Shown: positions 10,695 to 20,103, counted from the first letter of the stretch. The stretch is 64,000 bases of DNA from Bdellovibrionota bacterium (GCA_041740355.1 JBGSMD010000063.1:53002-117001); one strand, 5' to 3'. The notes: generated from the letters alone by a model not told the origin. Made by a program: numbers and translations.

Positions 10695-11060
10695 ATGGAT
10701 AATGAATTAAAAGAGATTTGGAAAAATCATTTAAGTCCGAAAAAGCTAGAGCAACTAGAAATAGAATTAGCTGACGTAAAACACATTACTGTTCCAGTAA
10801 ATCTAAAAGTTAAACTTACTAACATTAAACGACCTAACTATTCTTTTCGCTATTCAGCTCTTGCACTTTCTGCGACTTGTATATTGATGTTGGTAATTTT
10901 TAATTTTAAACCTCAGGAAAATTATCAGGCAAGTTTAAGTTCCCCAAGAAACTCTTCGGAAAAAACAGAGCTTGATTCATTACTTAATTTCTATCTGGAA
11001 GATGACAATTTTAACTTTACACTTAGCGAGCTAAGTATTTTAGACGAAGAGGAACAATGA
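10695..11060 (+). CDS. Putative anti-sigma factor (single-pass membrane protein)
   Basis: It lies immediately downstream of the ECF sigma gene and has one TM helix (ALALSATCILMLVIF). The assignment is positional inference. Confidence 0.4.
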   Translation: MDNELKEIWKNHLSPKKLEQLEIELADVKHITVPVNLKVKLTNIKRPNYSFRYSALALSATCILMLVIFNFKPQENYQASLSSPRNSSEKTELDSLLNFYLEDDNFNFTLSELSILDEEEQ

Positions 11061-11506
11061 AAAAACTAATCCTAATTTTAATAGTGCTACTGACAATGGC
11101 TCCATTTGCCTTCGCTGAAGATTGGAACCGCAAGGGACCTCCAAAATTTGAGGGCAAATTTGATCCTGAGGATAAAGAAATTTATGCTCTGATGAAAGAT
11201 AAACATCAAGACATGATGAAAGAGATGGAGCAAATGATGGAAGAGCGAAAAAAACTAGGGGAGCTACTACGAAATCCAGAGACAAGTGATGAACAGATTC
11301 GTACACAATCTAAAGTTATTAACGATCAAATGCTAGCGATTAATAACAAAAGAACTGATGACATACTAAGCCTTAGAAAGAAACTTCCACCGGAAAAATT
11401 TAAAAAGCTCTTAGATCGCTTTGATGAAAAAAGAGATGAAATGCGTGATAAATTTAAAGGTAAATTTGATCGCTTTGGTAAAAATTCTCATTCCAAAAAC
11501 AATTAA
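11057..11506 (+). CDS. Secreted, highly charged helical protein, Spy/CpxP/ZraP-like periplasmic protein
   Basis: It has a signal peptide (…APFAFA|ED) and a lysine/glutamate-rich helical sequence. It overlaps the upstream gene by 4 nt, and ECF operons commonly include such a protein. Confidence 0.4.
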   Translation: MKKLILILIVLLTMAPFAFAEDWNRKGPPKFEGKFDPEDKEIYALMKDKHQDMMKEMEQMMEERKKLGELLRNPETSDEQIRTQSKVINDQMLAINNKRTDDILSLRKKLPPEKFKKLLDRFDEKRDEMRDKFKGKFDRFGKNSHSKNN

Positions 11507-11520
11507 TCATACCTTCCCTG

Positions 11521-11541
11521 AGGTAGGGCTTTGCCCTACCT
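11521..11541 (+). terminator. Stem-loop after the ECF operon (AGGTAGGGC-TTT-GCCCTACCT)
   Basis: A 9-bp perfect GC-rich stem lies 15 nt after the stop at 11506. The downstream T-tract is weak (TCTTCC). Confidence 0.45.
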
Positions 11542-11641
11542 TCTTCCACTAAATCCTTAATAATTTATAATTATTTTCTTGTAACTAACTAATCAGACAA
11601 AACACTTATCTTTACATCTCGACTAAAAGTATCTTAGAATT

Positions 11642-11698
11642 TAGTTATCGTAACTCCAAAAAGTAATTTCCGTTGGGAATTATTTTTTGTCATAACTT
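11642..11698. repeat. Family-2 hairpin repeat, compact copy
   Basis: The outer arms are AGTTAT...ATAACT. The inner hairpin AAAAAGTAATTTCC-gttg-GGAATTATTTTTT is shared with the copies at 31.0, 31.3, 50.8 and 54.0 kb. Confidence 0.6.
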
Positions 11699-11730
11699 TA
11701 AATCAAGCCTAAACTTCTTCAAAGAGATCA

Positions 11731-12507
11731 ATGTTAAGATTCCCAAAAATATTTTTTATACTTATTAGTATTTTATTAATTAGCATAATCTCTATCGGTT
11801 GTGGTGGTATTGGTAAATTATTAAAAGCGGATCCTGCTCCACCTTCAGGATTTATTGAAAATCCAGAACATTTAAAAGAATGGCGTGACCATGCACCTTT
11901 TCATGGTATTTGGTTTCAAGACAAAGAAAAATTTGATAAGACCAGAAGCAAATTTAAAACTATTTACTTTGCACCTGTTACAACTGATTTTCTGCAAGAG
12001 CAAGGTTGGTGGAGCTCATTAAACACCGTAGACTTTGAGGCCTATCAAAAAGAATTGCAGATGCTGGCTGATTATACAAAAAAATCCATGGACAAAGCAT
12101 TTGAGAATGATCCTAACAAGGTTCAAACTGTAGTTCAAACTCCAGGAGAAGATACCATTGTCTATAAAATTGCGATTGTCGAAGTAGTTGCAACCAAAGC
12201 TCACATTAATGCCATTGGATCTGTTTTAGGCGCCGTTGTTCCTGGCGGTGGATTAGTTAAGTCTTCTGCTAAAGGTAGTATTGCCATTGAAGTAAAAGTT
12301 TATGATGGTGAGAGTAATGAACTAATGATTACCTGGGCGGATCGCGAGCAAGATCCAAGTACTATTTTTAGCTTAGCTGACTTTAGTTGTTTTGATCATT
12401 CCAAAAAGAGTATTGATAACTGGGCGGAGCAGCTTGTGAAGCTTCACAACACCACAACAAAAGATCGCGTGGAAGACTCTTCTCCCTTCACTATTTTGCC
12501 TTATTAA
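11731..12507 (+). CDS. Putative lipoprotein
   Basis: A signal peptide with lipobox-like ISIGC|GG is present. There is no other recognised motif. Confidence 0.5.
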   Translation: MLRFPKIFFILISILLISIISIGCGGIGKLLKADPAPPSGFIENPEHLKEWRDHAPFHGIWFQDKEKFDKTRSKFKTIYFAPVTTDFLQEQGWWSSLNTVDFEAYQKELQMLADYTKKSMDKAFENDPNKVQTVVQTPGEDTIVYKIAIVEVVATKAHINAIGSVLGAVVPGGGLVKSSAKGSIAIEVKVYDGESNELMITWADREQDPSTIFSLADFSCFDHSKKSIDNWAEQLVKLHNTTTKDRVEDSSPFTILPY

Positions 12508-12683
12508 CTTTTGAATCGAATCAGAGTAATAGCAACTCCTTGTACTTAAGTTGGGACCGATAAACCTCACGAAATTTATATCTTTAACCACGGTTCTATT
12601 TTTTTTGATATTAACTACAGGCCACTAAATAGTTTGAGTTTTAAAAATTAGCTTTTAAATAGCTCCCTAAATAAATTAATTGA

Positions 12684-12726
12684 ATAGAGGTTAGTCACTT
12701 TTGTTAATGACTAACCTCTATTTTTT
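12684..12726 (+). terminator. Rho-independent terminator-like hairpin (14-bp stem plus T6)
   Basis: ATAGAGGTTAGTCA-N10-TGACTAACCTCTAT is followed by TTTTTT and sits between convergent genes. A second hairpin, TTAGTGGT-N6-ACCACTAA, lies at 12731-12752. Confidence 0.6.
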
Positions 12727-12758
12727 ATAATTAGTGGTCTCTAAACCACTAAAATTAA

Positions 12759-13472
12759 TTAACGGAAAAGCTTAGTTAGTTTTTCAGCATAATTACTAGA
12801 ATCAGGAGAAACTCGACCTTCTAATAATGCTACTCGATCAACTTTCATTCCATAATAGGAATCAAGATCAGCTTGTTCTTTTCCAATTTTGCTTCCACCA
12901 ATTGCTGCACCAGCAAATAATCCTTCAGTTCTTGTGAATGCAATTACCTTAGCAGTCTCTGTATCAACACTACTATCATAATTACCTGCTACTGCACTAA
13001 GATCCGTTCCAAGTACAAAGTCACCATTCTTTAAAGACTGAACAGCATCCTTGTTCATTAGAAATAAAACAACATCAGTTGATTTAGCGCCTACTTGTAA
13101 ACCAATATTTCCTTGATTCAAGGATAGAACTGCTGGTTGACTCCACTTAGCATCAGCATTCTTACAACTTACTAGTCCAACACCATGGGCACCACCAACT
13201 ACTACTGCAGCTGTTACTACATTTGGCAAAACGGCAACACATAGTGCGTCATTTTGTATTTTCATAGGAACTTCTTTTGACTCTCCTTTGATAATTGCAG
13301 CATATACTTCTGCAGACTGATCAATCATTTTATGAAAGTGTACCAAATCTTTAATCTCTTCTTTTTTGATTTCTGCAACTTCTTCCTTGCTTACTTTTTC
13401 ATGCTGTTCAGCAAAAGTAACTATTGGAAAAATTAGGGTGATTGATAAAATCAATCCAGTTATTTTATTCAT
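12759..13472 (-). CDS. SYLF (DUF500/Ysc84-like) lipid-binding domain protein, secreted
   Basis: The pattern GGAHGVGLVSC ... GLQVGAKSTDVVLFLMN ... GTDLSAVAG ... GLFAGAAIGGSKI is characteristic of SYLF domains. The start was moved to MNKITGLILSITLIF (signal peptide) at 13472; the ORF track's extension to 13550 is unlikely. Confidence 0.65.
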   Translation of the reverse strand: MNKITGLILSITLIFPIVTFAEQHEKVSKEEVAEIKKEEIKDLVHFHKMIDQSAEVYAAIIKGESKEVPMKIQNDALCVAVLPNVVTAAVVVGGAHGVGLVSCKNADAKWSQPAVLSLNQGNIGLQVGAKSTDVVLFLMNKDAVQSLKNGDFVLGTDLSAVAGNYDSSVDTETAKVIAFTRTEGLFAGAAIGGSKIGKEQADLDSYYGMKVDRVALLEGRVSPDSSNYAEKLTKLFR

Positions 13473-13738
13473 GATATAGGCCTTATTTATTATTAAATTT
13501 CTTGAATCACCAATTAATTCCCAGTTGCTCTTGAACGCTCTAGCCCGCATTGTTCATCAGTGCACGTAGCGAGGCAAGGAAGTTTGGTTTCAGTTTGGAC
13601 TAAAAAATGCGCAGTGAGACCGAGGTCTCGCGAGCATATTTTCGTTCAAAATGGAATCAAAATTCATTGCCGCAGTAGTGCCATATCGATGACACACTAT
13701 AATCTTAAACAACTTCTAAATCTCTTGTAAGTCATCGA

Positions 13739-13769
13739 GATTAGAAAGAAATTTTATTTCTTTCTAATC
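13739..13769. repeat. Perfect 14-bp hairpin (GATTAGAAAGAAAT-TTT-ATTTCTTTCTAATC), extendable by TCATC/GATGA
   Basis: Read directly from the sequence. It lies in the 560-bp divergent intergenic region between the SYLF gene and tag. Confidence 0.6.
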
Positions 13770-14031
13770 ACTGATGAATTATGCGAGCTAGTTAAGAATG
13801 CACAACAGTCACTAAGGACATGATAATTAAAAATAATTTCCTGAGTTAACTTTTAAAAATTAGCTGAAGTTCTATTATTTCTTGACCTACTATAATTTCT
13901 ATCTTTAGTTTGCTTTATGACCTTCATCATAGGATAGGCTATTAATACTGGCTTAATCGGTCTTGCCTTTAATGAATATTGGGGGTTAATATCCTTTTTG
14001 GTTGTTTTAAACGTTATTGATCAGTAATTAA

Positions 14032-14610
14032 ATGAATAAACTAACTCGTTGTACTTGGGTCGGGACCGATAAGCCTCATTATGAAAAATACCATGACGAA
14101 GAATGGGGAGTTTCTGTGTATGACGATCGGAAATTATTTGAATTTTTGATACTAGAGAGTGCCCAAGCAGGACTTAACTGGGAAACAATTCTTAAGCGAA
14201 GGACTGGCTATAAAAAGGCTTTCTGTAATTTTGACCCTAAAAAAGTTTCTAAACTTAGCGACCATCAATTAGAGAAACTTCTCTTAAACCCTGAAATTAT
14301 ACGTAATCGACTGAAGGTTTTTTCAACACGAAAAAACGCCTTAGTTTTCCTAGAAATCCAAAAAGAATTTGGCTCATTTAGCAATTATCTCTGGGCGTTC
14401 GTAAATAATCGAAAAGTTATTAATAAATGGAAGAATCTAGCCGATGCTCCAACTGAGTCTAAGGAAAGCCAGGCTATATCAAAGGATCTAAAGAAGCGCG
14501 GCATGACTTTTGTTGGTTCAACAATTATTTATGCTTATATGCAAGCAGTAGGTTTAGTAAACGATCATGTTACTGAATGCCATTGCTACAAGCGTTGTTG
14601 TAAACAGTAA
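14032..14610 (+). CDS. tag: DNA-3-methyladenine glycosylase I
   Basis: RCTWVGTD...YHDEEWGV...LILESAQAGLNWETILKRR and the C-terminal H..C.C zinc-snap residues are typical of Tag. Confidence 0.9.
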   Translation: MNKLTRCTWVGTDKPHYEKYHDEEWGVSVYDDRKLFEFLILESAQAGLNWETILKRRTGYKKAFCNFDPKKVSKLSDHQLEKLLLNPEIIRNRLKVFSTRKNALVFLEIQKEFGSFSNYLWAFVNNRKVINKWKNLADAPTESKESQAISKDLKKRGMTFVGSTIIYAYMQAVGLVNDHVTECHCYKRCCKQ

Positions 14611-14613
14611 GCT

Positions 14614-15249
14614 ATGGAAAAAGTCATTTTACTTCATGGAATCTTACTGCATGATTACAACATGTCTTCTTTAGCAAAATATCTAAAAAATAACGGCTAT
14701 GAAGTTCTAAATATTTGCTACCCTTCACGTCGGTGTCCCATAAAAGATCTAACTCAGATTGTTAAAAGTAAAATTCTCGCTGATTTTCAGTCCGATCAAA
14801 AAATTAACTTAGTTGGATTTTCCATGGGAGGTCTAATTTGGCGTTCGATCTTAGCTGAAATGCAACCTAAAAATCTTGGTCGGTTAGTGATGATAGCTAC
14901 TCCTAACCAAGGTAGTGAAGTCGCTGATGCTCTACACTTAAATCCATTTATTAGATTCCTTTTTGGTCCAGCAATTAGCGATTTGCGAACGACCGCCGCC
15001 GATCAAATTCCTAGCATTAATAATCCACAATTAGAGTTTGGAATAATTGCTGGAAACATTCCTACCTCGCCACTTTTTAGCCGATATTTCACGGAAGAAA
15101 ACGATGGCAAAGTTTCAGTTGAGAGTTCGCATCACTTAGGAGAAAAAGACCATATTGTTTTGCCATTCGATCACACATTTGCACCATTTAACAAAAAAGT
15201 TCAGCAACAAACTCTACATTTCCTAAAAAACGGCAATTTTCAACATTAA
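14614..15249 (+). CDS. Alpha/beta-hydrolase fold esterase/lipase-like protein
   Basis: The nucleophile elbow GFSMGG is present, with the size and pattern of a small alpha/beta hydrolase. Confidence 0.65.
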   Translation: MEKVILLHGILLHDYNMSSLAKYLKNNGYEVLNICYPSRRCPIKDLTQIVKSKILADFQSDQKINLVGFSMGGLIWRSILAEMQPKNLGRLVMIATPNQGSEVADALHLNPFIRFLFGPAISDLRTTAADQIPSINNPQLEFGIIAGNIPTSPLFSRYFTEENDGKVSVESSHHLGEKDHIVLPFDHTFAPFNKKVQQQTLHFLKNGNFQH

Positions 15250-15307
15250 TTCTGACCATAGACTTGATATATTTGTAGATTAATTTAAAAATGCGACTTC
15301 AAATTAT

Positions 15308-15397
15308 GGAGAGGTGGCCGAGTGGTTGAAGGCGCAAGCCTGGAAAGTTTGTATACTAGAAATGGTATCGGGGGTTCGAATCCCCCTCTCTCCTCCA
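15308..15397 (+). tRNA. tRNA-Ser (anticodon GGA), CCA encoded
   Basis: Hand-folded: acceptor GGAGAGG/TCTCTCC (one G-U), 3-bp D stem, anticodon loop CTGGAAA, long variable arm (ATAC...GTAT), T arm GGGGG-TTCGAAT-CCCCC. Confidence 0.9.
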
Positions 15398-15640
15398 TTA
15401 ACTATTCACTACGTGAATAGTTAATGGAGCGCGCCGAAGCTCCGTAGGAGCGAAGGTGGGCTGATTGAATACAAAAATTTCATAGCCACGGCGTAGTCCG
15501 TCTTTGCGGAGCAAAGACGTAACGAAGACGGGCTGTTTGCGATCAAGTTATTTTACTCCAGCAGTGATTGAAACGAGCAAGTGATTTTTGTAGCCATAAC
15601 GCAGTTCTTCTTTGTGAAGCAAAGACGAAACCAAAACAAT
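15393..15640. repeat. Hairpin array beginning inside the 3' end of tRNA-Ser
   Basis: The first hairpin is a 17-bp stem, CTCCATTAACTATTCAC-tac-GTGAATAGTTAATGGAG. Next come GCTCC-gta-GGAGC flanked by GAA/GAA, then CGTCTTTGC-gga-GCAAAGACG with a competing AAGACGG arm. A degenerate second copy of that unit lies at ~15588-15630. Confidence 0.6.
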
Positions 15641-15672
15641 TGATACTTACACAAAATTATTTACAGGCTCCT

Positions 15673-17355
15673 TTATAGGACTGGTACATCCCCAGCACTA
15701 GCAGGAGTTTCATTATCACCAATATTGTTTGTATTACCATAACCGATACTACCAAACTCACCGCTACCCCAACACCTAACACTACCGGTATCCAGTAATA
15801 CACATGTATGAATACCTCCGGCGGCTAGTTGAACCACGGTGCCACCGACATTTACATTTCCGACACTTGCTGGAGTTTCATTGTCACCAATATTATTAGT
15901 ATTGCCATAGCCAAGCTGACCATTTAAGCCTCGGCCCCAACACCTAACATTTCCCGTATCTAGTAATGCACAGGTTTTCTTAAAACCAGTAGCTATCTGA
16001 ACTACGGTGCCTCCGACATTTACATTTCCGACATTGGCTGGAGTTTCATTGTCACCAATATTATTAGTATTTCCATAACCAAGCTCCCCATCCGAACCTT
16101 CGCCCCAGCATCTTACATTTCCCGTATCTAGTAATGCACAGGTGTGATTCCCTGAAGCGGCCAATTGAACTACATTGCCACCAATATTCACAGCCTCATA
16201 GATAAGAGGTCCAATAATGTCATAAGTGCCCCCATGGCCAAGTTGGCCATAATAACCATCCCCCCAACACTTAACATTTCCTGAATTAACCAAGGCACAT
16301 GTATGATTACTTCCTGCTACTATTTGAGTTACAGTTTCATTTTCAAAATTGTAATCTTGAATAATAACAGACTCAAAGTTAGCAGGAGCTTCATCGTCTC
16401 CAACATTAGTAGTATTTCCGTTGCCCAGTTGGCCATTTCGTCCATAACCCCAACATTTAACTTGTCCAGTATTTAAAAGTGCACAGGTATGATTTGAGCC
16501 AGCAGAGATTTGAGTAACAGTCCCGCCAACATTAACATCTCCAGCATTGGCAGGTGTTTCAAAGTATCCAACAGAAGCAGTACTACCATATCCAAGTACA
16601 CCATAGTTACCACTCCCCCAACACCTAACTTTACCTGTGTCAAGTAGGGCACAGGTATGACCCCCTCCAGTAGCGATATCAACGACATTCCCGCCAACAA
16701 TTACATCCCCAACGCTTGCTGGTGTTTCATCATCTCCAATATTATAATGTACAGGAACAGTTGCATATCCAAGTTTACCAATAAACCCCTCACCCCAACA
16801 TCTAACTGCTCCAGTATCTAGTAGAACACAAGTATGACTAAATCCTGCCGATATTTTTTGAACATCTAAAGGTATATTACATAAGTTAGAACAAGCATCG
16901 TCATTAATATTATTTCCATCATCACACTGTTCTCCAGACTGCTTGACTCCATCTCCACAAATAGGCGTTGTGCATATATTAGTACAGGAGTCCTCATTGA
17001 TCGTATTCCCATCATCACACTGTTCAGCAATATCAACATCAACTACACCATTCCCACAGGTATGATTACAAGCAACCAGTCCTGAGACATGAAGCTTCTG
17101 CATTTTTTTTGATTGATTATTATATTTATTAATTCCGGTTGAGGCGAACAACTTCTTAAAATTAGAACTTAGCTTCTTATAGGTAATAAATTTCTTTTTT
17201 TGAATCTTCCCTGGCTTCCAAGAACCATTAACGTTTTTACAAACATAATTTATACCATCCTTTTCAACGTTTACCGTCTGGGCAAAAGCCGCCCCGGAGA
17301 ATAAAAATAGGCAGACTAGCAAAGATGAGAAGATAAATTGAAATGAGTTTTTCAT
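15673..17355 (-). CDS. Secreted RCC1-repeat (beta-propeller) protein with N-terminal Myxococcus-type cysteine-rich repeats
   Basis: A signal peptide is followed by CGNG..D..EQCDDGN...C..C repeats (x2-3). Then come about nine repeats of HTCALLDTG.V+CWG.G..GQLGYGNT..IGDNETPA (RCC1 signature). A start at 17355 (MKNSF...) is preferred over 17364. Confidence 0.8.
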   Translation of the reverse strand: MKNSFQFIFSSLLVCLFLFSGAAFAQTVNVEKDGINYVCKNVNGSWKPGKIQKKKFITYKKLSSNFKKLFASTGINKYNNQSKKMQKLHVSGLVACNHTCGNGVVDVDIAEQCDDGNTINEDSCTNICTTPICGDGVKQSGEQCDDGNNINDDACSNLCNIPLDVQKISAGFSHTCVLLDTGAVRCWGEGFIGKLGYATVPVHYNIGDDETPASVGDVIVGGNVVDIATGGGHTCALLDTGKVRCWGSGNYGVLGYGSTASVGYFETPANAGDVNVGGTVTQISAGSNHTCALLNTGQVKCWGYGRNGQLGNGNTTNVGDDEAPANFESVIIQDYNFENETVTQIVAGSNHTCALVNSGNVKCWGDGYYGQLGHGGTYDIIGPLIYEAVNIGGNVVQLAASGNHTCALLDTGNVRCWGEGSDGELGYGNTNNIGDNETPANVGNVNVGGTVVQIATGFKKTCALLDTGNVRCWGRGLNGQLGYGNTNNIGDNETPASVGNVNVGGTVVQLAAGGIHTCVLLDTGSVRCWGSGEFGSIGYGNTNNIGDNETPASAGDVPVL

Positions 17356-17408
17356 ATGGATCATTAAAAAAAGGATTAACTAACTTGTTAGGACTCGGAT
17401 CTTCTTGT

Positions 17409-17497
17409 TTAATCATTAAATAATACGGCGGCAGATAACTATCGACTCTTAAAGACTTAAACTTTAGAAATAATAATTAATGATTAGTTTGGATGAG
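17409..17497 (-). promoter_or_regulatory. Conserved upstream leader/promoter block of RCC1 paralog 1
   Basis: This ~89-nt block aligns by eye with 19442-19530, upstream of the paralog (TTAATC.TTAAATAATACGGC.G..AGATAACTATCG...TTAATGATTAG.TTGGATGA). Confidence 0.45.
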
Positions 17498-17730
17498 ACA
17501 ACTAAGATTTGAGATTCAAGGTAAATCTCGAAACTCTAAGTGACTTTATTCACGGTTAAAAGCTGTGTCCTGACTAAATCAGACTATTTAGTTCCTAAAA
17601 ATTGCAGTTCGAAAATGGTGCCTTATAAAATAAATTTTCAAGCTACAAAATTAATATGGGACTCAAGTATCATAAGAAGTCTAATAGATTCTAAAAACTA
17701 TTAGACTTCCAACTAATAATTTCTAGTTAC

Positions 17731-19401
17731 TTACAATACTGGCACATCGCCTGCACTAGCCGGCGTTTCGTCATCACCTATATCGTTGATATTACCATAT
17801 CCAAGATTACCCTCATCCCCATATCCCCAACATCTTACAGCACCAGTATCTAGAAGTGCACAAGTATGACTAACAATATAAGAAATTCTAGCATTTGAAG
17901 TAGTTATTTGAGTAACAGTGCCACCAACATTAATATCACCAACGCTAGCTGGAACCTCATTGTCTCCAATCGTTGTAAAATTTCCATAACCAAGTTGACC
18001 AGAACCTCCAAAACCCCAACACTTCACGGCACCAGTATCAAGTAGTGCGCAAGTGTGAGTTTTACCCGCAGATATTTGGGTTACCGTACCGCCAACATCA
18101 ACGTTATCAATACTTGCAGGTGTTTCATTGTCACCAACACTATATATATTACCGTAACCAAGTTGGCCCTCTTCGGCATATCCCCAACATTTTACTGCTC
18201 CAGTAGCTAAAAGCGCACAAGTATGATTATTGCCAGCAGATATTTGAGTTACTGTACCACCAACATTTATATCACCAACATTAGCTGGAGCCTCATTATC
18301 TCCAATAGTTTCAACATTTCCATAACCAAGTTGACCAGAACCTCCAAACCCCCAACACCTAACGGCACCATTATCAAGTAGTGCGCAAGTGTGACCACTG
18401 CCCACAGATATTTGAGTTACAGTACCGCCAACATCAACGTTACCAATACTAGCAGGTGTTTCATTGTCACCAATACTATTTGTATTACCGTAACCAAGTC
18501 GGCCATTTCCTCCATCGCCCCAACATTTTACAGCTCCAGTATCTAAAAGGGCGCAAGTATGCTTTCTACCAGCCGATATTTGAGTTACCGTACCGCCAAC
18601 ATCAACGTTACCAATACTAGCAGGTGTTTCATTGTCACCAATACTATTTGTATTACCGTAACCAAGTCGGCCATTTCCTCCATCGCCCCAACATCTTACT
18701 GCTCCAGTATCTAAGAGTGCGCATGTATGTTCTTCTCCCGCTGATACTTGAGTTATAGTACCACCTACATTCACATCTCCAACACTAGTTGGAGTTTCGT
18801 TATCTCCAATATTGATTACATTAGCATATCCAAGTTGACCAGAACCTCCATAGCCCCAACATTTAACATTACCAGTCTCCACAAGGGCACAGGTATGCGC
18901 ACCACCAGCGACTATTTCCAAGACTTTGTATAGACAAGTATTCGGACAAGTATCATCATCGTTACTATTCCCATCATCGCATTGTTCATCAGACTGGACA
19001 ATTCCATCACCACATTCTGGAAAATTACAAGAATTAGTACATAAGTCTGTGCTAACTAAATTCCCATCATCACACTGCTCACCCATGGATACGTCTAATA
19101 TTGTGTTTCCACAGGTATGACTACACGCAACTAACCCAGCTATATGCAGGTTCTTCATTTTTAGTGATTGCTTATTATATTTTTTTAAGGCAGTAGCTAC
19201 ATATAATTTCTTTAGATCTGATTGTAGTTTCTTGAAAGTTATAAATTTCTTTTTCTGGATTTTACCAGGTTTCCATGAGCCTTTAATTTGACTGCAAACA
19301 AACGTTTGTCCATCTTTAGTAACGGTAACTGTCTGTGCAAAAACTGAAGATGATAAACAAAAGAATACACAAGCGGATAATAATGAAAGCCTAATTTTCA
19401 T
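17731..19401 (-). CDS. Secreted RCC1-repeat protein with cysteine-rich repeats (paralog of 15673-17355)
   Basis: It has the same architecture and the same repeat consensus. The N-terminal 100 aa are co-linear with the paralog (…GSWKPGKIQKKKFIT.KKL…). Confidence 0.8.
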   Translation of the reverse strand: MKIRLSLLSACVFFCLSSSVFAQTVTVTKDGQTFVCSQIKGSWKPGKIQKKKFITFKKLQSDLKKLYVATALKKYNKQSLKMKNLHIAGLVACSHTCGNTILDVSMGEQCDDGNLVSTDLCTNSCNFPECGDGIVQSDEQCDDGNSNDDDTCPNTCLYKVLEIVAGGAHTCALVETGNVKCWGYGGSGQLGYANVINIGDNETPTSVGDVNVGGTITQVSAGEEHTCALLDTGAVRCWGDGGNGRLGYGNTNSIGDNETPASIGNVDVGGTVTQISAGRKHTCALLDTGAVKCWGDGGNGRLGYGNTNSIGDNETPASIGNVDVGGTVTQISVGSGHTCALLDNGAVRCWGFGGSGQLGYGNVETIGDNEAPANVGDINVGGTVTQISAGNNHTCALLATGAVKCWGYAEEGQLGYGNIYSVGDNETPASIDNVDVGGTVTQISAGKTHTCALLDTGAVKCWGFGGSGQLGYGNFTTIGDNEVPASVGDINVGGTVTQITTSNARISYIVSHTCALLDTGAVRCWGYGDEGNLGYGNINDIGDDETPASAGDVPVL

Positions 19402-19441
19402 AAATTTTTCTCAAATTTGAAGTGCTAAAAAATCGCACTTA

Positions 19442-19530
19442 TTAATCGTTAAATAATACGGCAGGTAGATAACTATCGGATCACCAAGTCTTAGACTTTA
19501 GAAAAGATAATTAATGATTAGATTGGATGA
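19442..19530 (-). promoter_or_regulatory. Conserved upstream leader/promoter block of RCC1 paralog 2
   Basis: Alignable with 17409-17497. Confidence 0.45.
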
Positions 19531-19722
19531 AGGAAAGAAGATTAAAGCTTCTTAGATACCAAGAAGAGTAACAAGCACTCCTTAAACTGTCCTGAAAGTT
19601 AAGAATATGAAGTAAACAACCGAGTCTACTTCAGGCTTTAACTCCACACCTAACAATCTAATATTACTAATTAAAATGATTTATGATTGAATAAGTGTAT
19701 AATAAACTATACACTTAACTCA

Positions 19723-20103
19723 ATGAAAAGATCTCTTCCTTCTCATCTTAACACAACTAACCTCGCAATTATCCGATGTCTCTACCTAAGCGACTTCCCA
19801 GTTCCACTTCGTGAAATCGCTTATCGAACTAATCTTCAGATTAGAACTGTACAACTGATCTTAGAAAAATTTTTGAAAGAAAAAATTGTTCGAAAAAAAC
19901 GGAAAGGGCAACGGACTTCCTATACTATTAATAAAGAAGATCCCTACATTATTTTGCTTAACGAATTTATCGAGAAGCAAAATATGATGGAACTAAATCT
20001 GGCATCTCAAGAATATTCTGAAAGAGCTACTAATGCTCTACCCAATATTGTCAAAATGTATGAATTAGTAACTAGAGGTAAGAGAGATTATGAATCTAGA
20101 TGA
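19723..20103 (+). CDS. Small winged-helix DNA-binding protein (putative antitoxin/regulator)
   Basis: LREIAYRTNLQIRTVQLILEKFLKEKIVRKKRKGQRTSYTIN has an HTH-plus-wing pattern. The ATG at 19723 is preferred over the TTG at 19687. It overlaps the next gene by 14 nt. Confidence 0.5.
   Translation: MKRSLPSHLNTTNLAIIRCLYLSDFPVPLREIAYRTNLQIRTVQLILEKFLKEKIVRKKRKGQRTSYTINKEDPYIILLNEFIEKQNMMELNLASQEYSERATNALPNIVKMYELVTRGKRDYESR

Noticed and set aside
13553-13700. Third full copy of the Family-1 repeat in inverse orientation
   Set aside because: Only a ~10-nt match (TTGGTTTCAG) and vague similarity were found. A match of that length is expected by chance in 64 kb.
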